DNA from: Hemiscyllium ocellatum
Lineage: Eukaryota
Assembly (NCBI RefSeq): GCF_020745735.1
Contig: NC_083417.1
Span: 72,106,001 to 72,170,000, forward strand
DNA: 64,000 nt
Direction: 5' to 3'
Below are positions 51,193 to 64,000 of this stretch, piece by piece (the first letter of the stretch is position 1; each line of letters opens with the position of its first letter). Below the pieces are notes generated by a model. It was not told the DNA's origin. It saw only the letters and a list, made by a program, of their open reading frames with translations, and did no database searches. The position numbers and the translations under genes are program-made.

Positions 51193-54100
51193 TCTCACTA
51201 AGCCGATGCACCCAGTCACTGTTGCTGCAGGTCATTGGGAGACACTGAAAGGTGAGATGATGGAAAAATTTGACAATAACCATGAAGTTGGCGTGCTCAA
51301 ATATGACGCACCATGTAACAGCATAAATCACAACTTCATTATGCCAATTACAACTTTACATAAGAGTTGAGGACACGAAATGGAAATTGAGGACAGGTGC
51401 GTCTTTTTACCTTTCAAGACAAAATGGAACTTCCATCGTCACCTGAGTATTTCGACTTGCTTTAATCTTCAGTAATTGCGTTGGAACAATTGGTTACAAT
51501 ATATCGGTGCAGTTGTGACACAGTCTGTCTCGTCTCTTTCCGGAGTCAGACGGTCCGAACCATTCTGATGAACTTCGGCTGGAGGAATGAACGACATGGT
51601 CCTGTTTGTTTTCCGTCTTTTACTATAGAGATCACACCAAACAAACGGAAAAAGAGTGTGTGTGTATGTGTTAGGTATGTCTCATCGTAGCTTACGTGCT
51701 CTGTGCTCTGCTTTCGTGTGGTTGCTTTCTTCTGGTAACTTATCAAGCACGTTCTTCAGTTAGTTCTTCAGTTCATGCTCTTATGCAATCAACATGCTTA
51801 TGCCTATGAACAATTGCCCTAATCAACAGATTATCGTGGACTGCACTTTCAGTCAGATGGCCACATTGTAGGTAAATTCTGAAAAGGGCGAAAGAAGATG
51901 GTTGAACACCAGGCAGACTAGAAGAAAGCAAGTAGAATAAGGTTCTCTTATGATCGTTTTCCTCTCTCAGAGGTATATGGGGTTCAAATGAGTTTTAAAA
52001 AAAGGTAAGGGCTTTAAAGCTCAGCATAAGGAGTTCAGGTGTAAATTAAGAAGTAGGAGCTCAAAGGTAGTAATCCTACGATTAATGCCACCACATCTTG
52101 CAAGTTTAGAAATAAGGAATCTGTCAGTTTAATTGAGAATTGGTCTCTGGACGTTCACATTACATGGAATTTGCTACCTGATTTGGGGAAGGTGTGGCCA
52201 TTACAAACACAAAGAGTTCAATCTGGCAGAACTGAAACCAATTTCCTGGTGCTAGGTTGTTCATGGGTTCATGAGAGGTATATGGTTGTACTGAGAATGA
52301 CTCAGTGGCAGGACCCTCTGCAGTGAGAAACAGGAAAGGAATGAACATGGAAATTAAGAAACAACATTCATGTCTGAGGAAAGGAAGACATCAAATAGGG
52401 TGTGGGATGTAGTGGTTGGGAGGTGGAGAAATCTTTTGTGTTATGGACCAGACCAAAGTTCATCAAATATATCAAGGAGGTAGCATAGACACCAACGTTT
52501 TATGTTATTTAAAGGCAAGTAACTGGTGCTATGTTTCCACACGTGATTCAATGGATCCACCATGAGCATATCACTCTTTACTCTTAGAACACAGTCAAAA
52601 TATAAATAAAAAAGCATAACTTTAACTCTATTGACATGCTTAATGAACGAATGTAGTATTTAACTATTAATCATCCCGTGTTCCAATATTGCAGCATCCC
52701 ATAAACCCACAATAAAAACTAAGAGCATCCGTAGAGAGAAGTCAGAGTTAACCATCAGGGTCAAGTGACCCTTCCTCAGAACGGGGAGAGCTGTGGATGC
52801 CGTGAATAAGAAACAATAGAAGAGAGAAAACTGCTTATGTTTTATCGGATGCAGTTCTGAGAAACGATCACTGGGCCAAACGTTAACTGATTTCTCTCTA
52901 CAGATGCAGCCAGACCTGCTGAGCTTTTTCCAACAATTTCTGTTTATGATCCCATAAACACACCATTGGCAAAACAAATTCAGCAAAACAGACTTTTGTC
53001 ACATGCTATCTCCTTTCCTGTGCAGGAGAACAGAATATCGAAAGAAACAATCTCGCAGCAGGGAGAGAACTCAAGCTGTTGCTGCAGCATAGAGAAAGCT
53101 ATATATATCAGCTTCGACTGCCAACTTCAAACCCTAACTGAAAACAAACCCAAACCCTGGGTCTGTATGAGCCTTTTTCCAGCGACACATACATTCTGGC
53201 ACTACTGTGGCAACACCTCTCCACAAGCAAAACAGTACAGAGCAAATCTCTGTTGAAGGTACAGTACCGTCACATTACAAAGTGATTTATATTATTATGT
53301 GGGATCATTAAATTAAAAGAGGGTAGAACCTGATTTTGTGGAAACATTCAGAAGACACTAGACAAGTAACTGAAGAACGATAAAGAATAAAGGCAGTCGT
53401 CTAAGGAAGCACTACGTTGATGGGCTATTAAATATATATGTCTGTTCATGTTGCATGATATGATCCTTTGCAAAATTCTTTACAGTGCATGGTAAACATA
53501 TGCCATGAATGAGCACTCTATTTTTTAATCCAGACACGAAGCTCTATTGTGGCTGCATTGACCAATTAAACATAAACTGAATTACGCCATAAATTACCTC
53601 TCAATTTTGATAGCATTTTTCGCATTATTTATCATATTTTATATTTCAGGTATGCAGATTTGTTTAAACTTCCTGAGAAAATATTAGGGCCCTGAGCTGA
53701 GATGTCAGACACATCACTGAACAGTTCAAAGAGTTCTGCACTTTTATGCTGTCTTCCTGCACCATCCTTCTCCCAAATATGTCCAACTCAAACGTCCAAC
53801 ATATAAAGGGTCGATTCAGTTTTAATTAAAACACCATAAAATCTATCCTTCCTAAATTACAAACCATGATTACAAATCATTTCTTGAGCAGATTATCAAT
53901 CGACAGACTTTTTTCACTTTTTTTCCCACTTCCTGCTTTACCTCTCATCACGTAAGCTAACTTGGATTGTACACGCCATTGTTGATGATAGTGGACAAAG
54001 GGCACGTTCTTTCAAACATTACGGTATTTTGTTTTCTGCACCGCATCCTAATATTTCTATTTTATCCATGTACGTCTATAGGCCTTGTGATAGAAGTAGG

Positions 54101-54986
54101 CCATTCAGTCTGCTCTGCCATTCAATTAGGTCATAGCTAACTTGATGATCCTCAAGTATACCTTCTTGTTCTTTTTCCCCATAATCTTGGACTCCTTTAT
54201 TGATTAAGGCTCTGTCAATCTTATCTTTCAAAATGACCTCACCACCAGCCTCTACTATCCGCAGCGATATAAGAATTCCACAGATTCGCAATCGTCCAAG
54301 AGAAGAAATTTCTCCTGCGCTGTCTTAAATTGCCACCCCTCATTATCTGATTGTCACCTCTGGTCGTCGAATCTCTCGCAAGTAGGAAACGATGTTTAGC
54401 CCCTCGGCAGCCTTAAAATGGCTTTGCCTGCTGCTCATCATTGTATCTAGCTATTTTTCATGAATAAGTTATTTGACAGGCGAACAGATGAATCATGTTT
54501 AGGCATCTGCCTTTTATTAACATAACACTCTTGATATGCACGTCAAATATAATCCATGAGTAAGAAGCACATTTCTCGGTGCACCCAGATCAGACAACAA
54601 TTCATTTTGCTTTTCCCGCTCAGCATTGTCGACACAAACACAGAGACGTACTATCAATGAGTTCATGGATGCCTTTGTGCAGAATACTAATACCAATCTT
54701 TATATTACGGCCGTTAGATAAATCGAATATGCATTCAATTAAGTGCTAATGTGTCCATGGAATTGCTGCCAAAACAATAACCCTCTGTGGACGGGAATGG
54801 TAACATTTAACTACTTTGACATTGATATATCCTCAACTGATATATCACGGTTTAGATACCACGATATGTAATCTGCATTCTCAAGCAATGGCCTTTCTGA
54901 AAGGACAATTTCAGCTTTTGGGAGATAAAAAGCAGGCATCCAAGACACGACATCACAGACGAGTATAGCGAATTTGAGACCCTTAC

Positions 54987-55271
54987 CCTCAGGAGCAACC
55001 AGGTGTTTGCTGTTGCTGGGACCAATAGGAAAATATGAGAAACCTGGCAGCTTTAAACGGACAAGATCTTCAGAGGGTTAAGTGAGCTGGCAACTTTACA
55101 TAGTCTCCCTTCTGTTCGTCTCTCCGTAGTGTTATTTGCAGATGTAATTTTGCTGACAGCTTTTTTTTAACACCAAATGAGGCTGATGTCTTCTGGGAAG
55201 AGAACAACCGTTGTACAGAGGATTGTGAGGGATGGAGATGGTAGGGAGTAATCCTCACTAAATTGGCAGCA
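54987..55271 (-). pseudogene. Gene 4 C1 pseudo-exon with stops and a frameshift
   Basis: LTILCTTVVLFPEDISLIWC*...KITSA...*SCQVSH...PEG|gtaagg. Confidence 0.8.
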
Positions 55272-55884
55272 CTATGTATAATTCAAAGGAACTGAATTAT
55301 TATTCGTGTGTCAGATTTGAACAGAAAATAAGCCAAGGTTGTTTAAAATTGCATTCCATGACACTGCACTCCTGTTGCTATAAATTCTGTGACTTATGGT
55401 TCTGCTCCACAACCCCCTGATGAAGAAGCAGCGGTCCAAAAGCTAGTGATTCCAAATAAACCTGCTGGTCTACAACCTGGTGATGTGTGGTTTTTAACAA
55501 AAAAAATGACTGGGACAAAACTGCTTAATTGCTGCAATCCTAAGGTAGAACGACATTATCACCATAATAACATCGATTTACTCAAAGCAACACATACTGT
55601 ATTTCTTTCACTCAGTGCTCAGTAGGGAAGGCGCAATGTCCTATGCACTGACTTTAGTTGTGCGGCTTGTTAAACCATTCAAGAGGCCTTCCATCAGAGT
55701 TCACATATCGCAAATGTAAAGTCAGACAAAACAAATAAATTTCAATCAATCCATAATCCTGTCAGTTTGCCTTTTGGAGGATGGGTGACCATGATTTCAG
55801 AAGAATGATTTAAAATCCTCAGGTTTGTTTCTTACTGAAAGCTTTGCGGAAGCAATATGAAATTTTTCAGAGAAATCGATTTAC

Positions 55885-57105
55885 ACAGAACATAGAACAT
55901 GACAACACAGTTCTTCAGCACTCCATGTTGTGCCGACCTTTTATCCTACTCTAAGTTTAAACTAGCCTGCACATTCTTCATTTTACTGTCATCCATGTGC
56001 CTATCCAAGAGTCGCTTAAATATCCCTAATGAATCTGACTCGACTATCACTGCTGGCAGTGCATTCTACCCATCAACCACTGTCAGTGTAAAGAACCCAC
56101 CTTCAATAAATCTTCCTCAAATCATCGTAAAATTATGCTTCCTTGTGATAGCCATTTCTGCCCTAGATAAAAAGTCTCTGGCTTTCCGCTCCATCAATGC
56201 CTTTCATCATCTTGTAGACCTTTATCATCAAGTTCCCCCTCATCTTTCTTCGCTCCAATGAGCTCCCTTAAACTTTCCTCATAAGACATGCCCTCCAATC
56301 CAGGCAGCATTGTGGGAAATCTCCTCTGCACCTTTTTTAAAGCTTCCAAATGCAAGAACAGAACACAATATTCCAACCAGGGTCTAGCCAGGACTTTATA
56401 GAGCTGCAGCATAACCTCGTGGCTCTCAAACGCAATCCCCCTGCTAATGAAAGCCAATAGACCATACACCTTCCTATCAACCTTATCAACTTGGTTCGCA
56501 ACTTTGAAGGATTTATGGACATGAATCACAAAATCCCTCTGTTCCTCCACACTGCCAAGAATCTTGCCTTTAACCCTGCATTCAAAGTTGACCTTCCAAA
56601 ATGAATCACTTTAGACTTTTCCAGGTTGAACTCCATCTGCCACTTCTCCACTCAACTCTGCATCTTGTCAATGTCCTATTGCAACTTCCAACAGCCCTCC
56701 ACACTATCCACAAATCCACCAAACTTCCTGTCATCGGCAAATTTACTCACACACCCCTGTCCAGTTTCTCACCCAAGTCATTTATAAAAATTAGAAAGAG
56801 CAGAGTTCCCAGAGCAGATCCTTATGAAACACCACTGGTCATCAAGCTCCAAGCTGAATACTTTCCATTCACTACCACTGTCTGTCTTCTATGAGAGAGC
56901 CAGTTCTGTATCCAGATAGCCAAATGTCATTGTATCCCATGCTTCCTTACTTTCTGAATGAGCTTATCATGGGGAACCTTGTCAAACGCCTTGTTAAAAT
57001 CCATATACACCACATCTGCTGCTCTACGTTCATATCAACGTGTTTTGTCACATCCTTAAAGAGTTCAGTAAGGCTTGTAAAGCATGATCTGCACTCATAG
57101 CGCCA
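55885..57105 (-). mobile_element. CR1 RT and 3' fragment
   Basis: YGLLAFISRGI...RPWLEYC peptide; catagaacatagaaca tail. Confidence 0.85.
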
Positions 57106-60100
57106 TGTTGATGATTCTTTAGCATGAACAACTGTTAAGACCATGATAACAAAGAGCCTAAGTAGACTATTCAGTGCATCGTGTATTTGCATCGTGTGAT
57201 AATCCTCAACTGTGCTTTCCTACTTTCCCTCCAACCCCAATAACACTTGAATTCTTCATGATTAAAAAACGATCTCTGCCTTGAATACATGTTATGACAC
57301 AATCTCCATATTCCTCTGTAGTAAAAATATTCCACATACACACTAGCTCTGAGAGAAATAGTTCCTCCTCATCATTTTCTTATTCGAATGTATTGTGACC
57401 TTCAGTACAATCATTAGCATTCTAATGTGTCTGCTTCAAGAAAGGTCTATGAATACAAATACAACCTGTTTGGATTGTAGGGAAAATCCACTAAACAAAT
57501 GCAATTATTAACTGAATAAGACACATTATCAACGACGGTTTGCCATCACTAAATTAAACTTATCTGTTATTAGTAAATGATACCTTACCTAATTATATTA
57601 GCTTGGCAGCAAACTGATGCCTTGTGTTTTACCGTGTCCAATATTTCTTTGAAAATGATGTCTCTCCATCTTTTCAGTAGTTCCAAGTTCTGTGTGGAAC
57701 TGTTGCCAGTACTTCCTGACATTTTTTGTCATTCGTTCATGGCATGTGGGCTCTCCTGTCTGGGCTATTTCCTATCACTAGTTATCATTCGAGAAATTGT
57801 GGCAAACTGTTTTAACAAGCAGTTGCAGCCAATTTAGTCTGGGAATTCAAAAACGTGATGTGCTTGACTCAATTGCAGTTGATGATATAGATATTTCTTC
57901 CTCAAGTGAGTTGATTAATTGTCTACCATCATCCACAGCCTACATGTGGTCACTTGATTTTGGAATGTCTTAGCAAATGTAACCAGTGATGGAGGGCCCT
58001 ATCTGACAGGCAAATAGTGATTTTTGATTTTGATATATTATTGTCACATGATACAGTGAAGGTGTTGTTTTGCATGCCATCCAGTCAAGTCAAACTTTGC
58101 GTAAGTGCATCAGGGTAATAGAATTTAGCAGTATATAGATTTACAGCTGTATAGAAAGTGTAAGAGAAAGATTAACTCTAATATGAAAGAGGTCCATTTA
58201 GAAGTCTGATAAAGGTGGGGGGAAATGCATAATGCATTACAGAAGGGTGCACACCTAACACACACAGGCATTGTTTAGTTTCCATCTGGGAAAAAATCCA
58301 TTTATGTTGGTTTGGCGTGTCGATATGTTTTGCTTCTTTTGCATACAATTATAACGACACACAACATGTCTTCAGTTGTTTTATGAATGTTCCATTGACT
58401 TTAGTGTTTTTAATGTTTTTATCCAACAGGCATAGAAAAATGACACACGTCATGATTGCTAATCTAATGTGCAGTGTTGCACAGAGAAATTGATATTATA
58501 TAAATATACTTACGGAAACGAAGAAAATAGGACCAGGAATAGGATATTCGATCATTCAAGACTACTCTACATTTAGTATGGTCACGGTTGATCAGTCAAT
58601 TCAGCACTCTGATCTCACTTTCGCCACTTACTCTTTGATCCCTTCAGCCATAAGAACTATATTGAAATGATTTTTTTTGAAAACCTTCAACGTTTTGGCT
58701 GGAACCACTTCCTTTGGCAAAGACCTTTGCAGGCTCACTATGCGCTGAGTGATGACATTTGTCCTCATTGTTGAGTGAATAATACCGCATCCTTAAACTG
58801 GGACACTTAAATGTGGACTACCTACTTATCTGGAACTCGCTTCCTGTCCATTGGTATTTGAATTCCATACGTTTTTATGAGATTCCCTCTTCATTGTTCA
58901 AATTACAGTGACTATAACCCTATAGCACTTTTCTGGCCCACAAGTGATCTCAAACAAGGACATTAGGAAACAATGAAATACGGGTGAAGTGCAGTTAGTT
59001 GCATAATCTTGAGAAGTGCTTTTCAAATAAATTCCCACAAGCTGCAATTCAGCGTCAATCAGGTTTATGTTTTGGTTATCCTGACTGAAGAATTAGTATT
59101 GACCAGACCACCGACTTAACTCCACGGTCTTCATCAAAAAACAACCCATAGGACCACCAGCCACATCCATTCTAAGGCCGAAGGATACAAATGCCCCATC
59201 TGTCCTATACTCGACTCCTTCCTCATCTCCAAGTTTGGAACTAATAAACCCTTGTCCTCCCAGGTCCTGACATTTCCTTTCTCCCTGAAAGCACAGCTCC
59301 ATCCTCATTGGCTACTGCACCATACAACTTCACCACACAAGAGTCCTTCTCTCCTCTTGAGAGTCAGCATACCCTCAACCTCGGTACCAGGCGCCTCCAT
59401 ATTCCTGACACTGACACTTTTCCTCCCCACTTCTGGCCCCAAATACCTTTCCCAAACTGCTGGACCTGACAACCCATTCTTAATAGGAACTGACATATTC
59501 TGTCCCACTGCTGTCCGATTGGCCCCCAGGATCCTCCTTGCCAGACAGGAACTGGACCCGACTCTCTGCCCATAGGAGTTTGTCCAAAAAAATTCATCAC
59601 TTAATTGGCACACTTAACACATAGTACTCTCTTTACCCTATTTGCAGGGCACTCTAATTACCTTCCACCCCACTTATCTTGCAACTGTCCTATCTGACAC
59701 ATAGACATCCTATCCAATTAGCAATCTGGCATGTGAACGCACTTGACTTCTTATGCACTTGGCCCCCTTCCCACCTTATATTCTCACCTTGCACTTATTG
59801 CATCGGTTATTGTATCCAGTTGTTATATATGAAAATATAACAACTGCCATGAAACAGGGTATATAGTTTTTCTTCCCAACAATTTTCTTGATTATGAGGC
59901 GCGATTGAACTTACACTCCCTATTTCTGCAGGATTCCAATCAAAATCTCCTACCAGAAGTGCGAAGCACTTTCTTCATGTAAATCATAGGAGTAATCTGG
60001 CATTCTGACTATGATTAACACTTATCAGAATATTCAATGTATCTATCCATGCAATTCATAAAAGAACTCTTGGCACAGCAATGGGTACTGTTACGCTTTT

Positions 60101-60217
60101 CTGACATATGTGTTAAGACATTTCACTTGCATGCTATTGAAGTTTAAAAAAGACTCATAAATAGACAAAAATAAGCATGATACAGTTCAATAGCTTGCTG
60201 AGATTTGAGATACTTAC

Positions 60218-60492
60218 CTTGAAGCAGAACTGTGCAATTATCGCTGGCTGAGGCCTCAAGTGATACATGAGAAACTTGGCATGTATAAGTTGACCAGCTA
60301 TCCATTTGAAGCTGGCAACTTCATATAAACTCTTCCTCTTTCGTCTTTTCATAACGTACATTCCAGATGTAATCTCTGTGTCATTTTCATACCCAGTGAG
60401 TTTGAAGTCTTCAGGAAGAAGCCAGCTGTTTTGCAGAGAAAAAACGAGGGTCAGAGAGGATAGCCGAGTAATTGTCACTGGAGTCGGAGACA
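60218..60492 (-). pseudogene. Gene 4 C1 pseudo-exon with frameshifts
   Basis: VSPTPVTITR; shifted frame FLCKTAGFF; EDFKLTGYENDTEITSG; shifted frame YTCQVSHVSL; CAAG|gtaagt. Confidence 0.8.
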
Positions 60493-60778
60493 CTAAGAAT
60501 TAGTTAATGGAAATAAGTCGTTATCAATACGTTATTTATTATGTATGCATTCCATACATACATGAAAACAAACATACCCTTCTTCTCTGGTAAATACATG
60601 AGTATTTGAGTATATATGAGTACATTATGCCTATCACAATCAGCTTTATTTACTTGAAACGGAAATGAAATTTTTATGTATTCGTGGCTTGAACTAATTT
60701 TATCCAGGGGAACATCACTTCTAAAGTGAAACACACTGAAGTCTCAGTTAAACATTTTTTTTGATAGTTTAGATAATT

Positions 60779-61050
60779 GGGCGGCACAATAGCACAGTGG
60801 TTAGTACTGCCGCCTCACATGCACCAGAGACCTGGGTTCAATTCCCGCTTCAGGTGACCGATAGCGTGGGGTTTGTACAATCTCCAATGAGTTTCCCACA
60901 ATCCAAAAACAAAAGTGCAGATTAGGTGAATTGGCCTTGCAAAATTGTCCATCGTGTTTGGTGTAGGGGAATGGGTCTGGGTGGCTTGTGCTTTGGCGGT
61001 TTGGTGTGGACTTGTTGGGCCGAAGGGCCTGTTTCCATACTGTAAGCGAT
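60779..61050 (+). mobile_element. HE1-type SINE
   Basis: gggcggcacaatagcacagtggttagtact head. Confidence 0.8.
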
Positions 61051-61384
61051 ATAATCTCTATTCATGAAATCTGTGATCTATATTCTTTAAACATACCCAT
61101 GACCATGTTCGACAGGCTTTCACAACACAATCATGGAATGAATGTACTTATCCGACAGGCACCTTGTATTTCTGTTGGTAATCTTTAAATCATATACTGT
61201 ACATATCTTTCAAATATTTTCCACTGTTCACTGCTTTGGTCCTCATAACATAGGCTTCATTTCATCTTAGCACTTCCTATTTGCTACTATTTTATTTGTT
61301 ATACAATTACTCACAAAAAGAAACTCATCAAATTGTGCGGAGGCACAATGACACACTACTGAATCATGAGTAACTTGAAACCAG

Positions 61385-61695
61385 GTCTCCTGGTTCAGTG
61401 CGGCACAGTGGCACACTGCTGCCTCACAGCGCCTGAGACTCGGGTTCAATTCCCAACTCAGGCGACTGACTGTGTGGAGTTTGCATGCTCTCCCGTGTCT
61501 GCGTGGGTTTCCTCCGGGTGCTCCGGTTTCCTCCCACAGTCCAAAGATGTGCAGGTCAGGTGAATTGGCCAGGCTAAATTGGCCGTAGTGTTCGGTAACG
61601 GGTAAATGTAGGGGTATGGGTGGGTTGCGCTTTGGCGGGTCGGTGTGGACTTGTTGGGTCGAAGGACCTGTTTCCACACTGTAAGTCTAATCTAA
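61385..61695 (+). mobile_element. HE1-type SINE, little diverged
   Basis: Very similar to 8861-9180 over about 280 nt. Confidence 0.85.
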
Positions 61696-63359
61696 AAAAA
61701 ATTCTGACACAAGAGTCCCATCTTATCTATTCATTTATCTTTGATCTTTTTTCTAATCAGCCTATTCTGAAATGTTCTTACATGTTTGCTGTACTTGTGC
61801 CGGGACCTATTTGTCCAAAGATCGGGAATACTACCACCAAGCCAAAAAAAAGCCCCGCATTTAGCTATTCTTAACCGATCGCAAAAATGGATATTAGGAC
61901 AAAGGTTTTGTTAATATTTCAAATTAAATTCTCTTTAATTTCCTCACTGATAAATCCCAGAAGAAGAAATGAGTCAATGACTAACTAACAGATGGAGCTT
62001 TCGGGTAGAGGGGGTGAGGAACAACTGGAGCGCAGTGCATCATCACTGACATGACCTTGGGAAATAAGTCACACGTTGATCTCAGAAATAAAATATTCTG
62101 ATAATGCAACAAGTAGTGCTCTTGTAGTTTTGGCAAAACAGCATGAGGAATGAACCACTTTTATTACAGTTGAGATTAGACTCCGAAAATAATTTCAGGC
62201 ATATCCCAGGAGCAGGAGAATCGACGTTAAGGGCATACGCCCGTCATCAGAAATGCTGCCTGAACTCATTTTCAGAATCTACCCACAACTGTAATAACTG
62301 CAGATCATTCCTCATGATGTTCTGCCAAAATTACAAGATCATTAATTGTTGCTTTATCAAATATGTTATTTCCGAGATCAACGTGTAATTTATTTCTCAA
62401 GGTCATGTCAATGATGAAGCACTGTTTTCCCCACCCCCACCCCCATGTCAACCTCGTTTGTTAGTTAGTCATTAACTCATTACAGCATTAGATTCAAAAA
62501 CAAAATCACCACCGCCCAATGAGCATACTATCCTCACGGTCTCAGGGGTGATTATGTTCGTTTGTGTTCTCCTCATGGCCTTGCTTCCCTATTTTGCATG
62601 CCATCCGCCCTGTTCCTAATGTCTTGTTGTCTGATTCCGGCTCTTATAAAGTGGAATTAGGCTGCTTCTGTGCAATTCTGCACAAGTCTCAGACTGAATT
62701 GAAACAGCAGATATAATAGTCTAAGACTGGGTTCTGCTGGATTGAAAGGACTCCACATCTAGTGTTTGAAAAACCCGTCTTCAAGAAGGAAGAAGACCAG
62801 GAGAGTACACAGAAATGAATCTGAAAGCGGACGTCAGTTTTACCACCAAAAATGAATCCATCAATTGCAATTTCAGTAAATGCCCATTAGAATTGATGTC
62901 TGCACATCCCGAAATATATATGACAAACGCAGCCTGGTAAACAAACTCAAATTGCAAAAGCACCATAGATAATGTAAACAAATCGATTATCACGGTAAAA
63001 TTAATGTCAGCAAGTATCAATGAAATCTATTATAAGTTAACACGCTGATCATTTCATGGCATTAATAGTGCTGCAACATATTATCCAATATTGATCCTGT
63101 TATCACTTTATTATCACTGGAGTTATCAGCTTTCATTTTTTCTCCATTTGCCACTTGTGTGCAATTTCTGTTTTGATTTTCTGTCAATAACTGACGATGT
63201 CAGTATTGTTTCCTAGGTTTGATTGAGCGAGATATTGGGGAAGTATTATATTGATCTCCTGAATGTGGGAGCAGCTCAGGTTCGCCGATATGATGAAGCA
63301 ATACTACCAACATTCTACTCAGAAAGTAATGGATATATTCTTTACAAATTCATATTAGA

Positions 63360-63660
63360 TTCCCTACAGTATGGAAACAGGCTCGTTCGCCCAACAGTTC
63401 CACACCAGCCCTCTGAAGAGTAACCCACCCAATCCCATTCCTCCACCCTGTATTTATCCCTGACTAATGCACCTAATACTGTGGGCAATTTAACATGGCC
63501 AAATCAAGTATACTGCAAGAGGAAACGGGAGCAGCGCAGGAAACCCACGCAGATGCAGGGAGAATGTGCAAACTCCACACAGATAATCGCCAGAGTCTGG
63601 AATCGAATCCGGGTCCCTGGTGCGATGAGGCAGCAGTGAGCCACTGAGCCACCGTGCTGT
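63360..63660 (-). mobile_element. HE1-type SINE
   Basis: Reverse-complement match to the family. Confidence 0.75.
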
Positions 63661-64000
63661 TGTAAGATCAACTATTCAGAAACTTTCTATTTGTAATCAT
63701 GGGTTATAAATGATTAGATAGATGTTTACTCAAGCGGAACAGAGGCGTGATACTCCACAGCAAGTGATGAAGCTGTTTTGCAGTAGATCTCTCCCTATAA
63801 ATCCAAGAATTTTATGGATCACTCTGCAGTTGTCTAAATGGCCAAACTTGCCTCAACTCCTAACATGATTGCAAAGCAAACAAAAAATCGCTTAAGAGAA
63901 TGCCCACTCCCTCCAGTATTGGAGCTCAAAGTCCTACATCGCGTGACACTAGGTTATAGTCCAACAGTTCCCTTTAAAATCATAAGCTTTCAGAGTGATA

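Noticed and set aside
52660-52830. ORF segment DFSLRMLLVFIVGLW resembling an Arg-containing TM exon for gene 4
   Set aside because: The DNA (ttctgaggaagggtcacttgaccc...gttaactctgacttctct) is an inverted copy of the short repeat also present at 52850-52940, so the hydrophobicity is probably coincidental.

Overview
Eukaryotic, repeat-rich DNA from a cartilaginous fish (inferred from HE1-type tRNA-derived SINEs, CR1/HER1-type LINEs and Penelope-like elements). The main content is a minus-strand tandem cluster of non-rearranging, antigen-receptor-like Ig-superfamily genes. Gene 1 (3393-11242) looks intact and has 7 exons: leader, V domain with a germline-joined J-like GNGTKLIV strand, C1-set domain, uncharged TM, and three cytoplasmic exons with four tyrosines including a canonical ITIM. 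It resembles SIRP/NKp30/NITR-type receptors. Paralogous remnants follow: a duplicated cytoplasmic tail with a premature stop (about 22.4-23.6 kb); a leader-V-C1-C1-TM pseudogene whose TM carries an Arg (42.9-51.2 kb); and two more decayed C1 exons (55 and 60 kb). The rest is mostly nested LINEs and SINEs, plus a 1.8-kb satellite with a four-monomer higher-order repeat sitting inside a CR1 element. Exons were read by eye from splice signals and reading frames; family assignments are inferences and TE boundaries are approximate. No database search was run.
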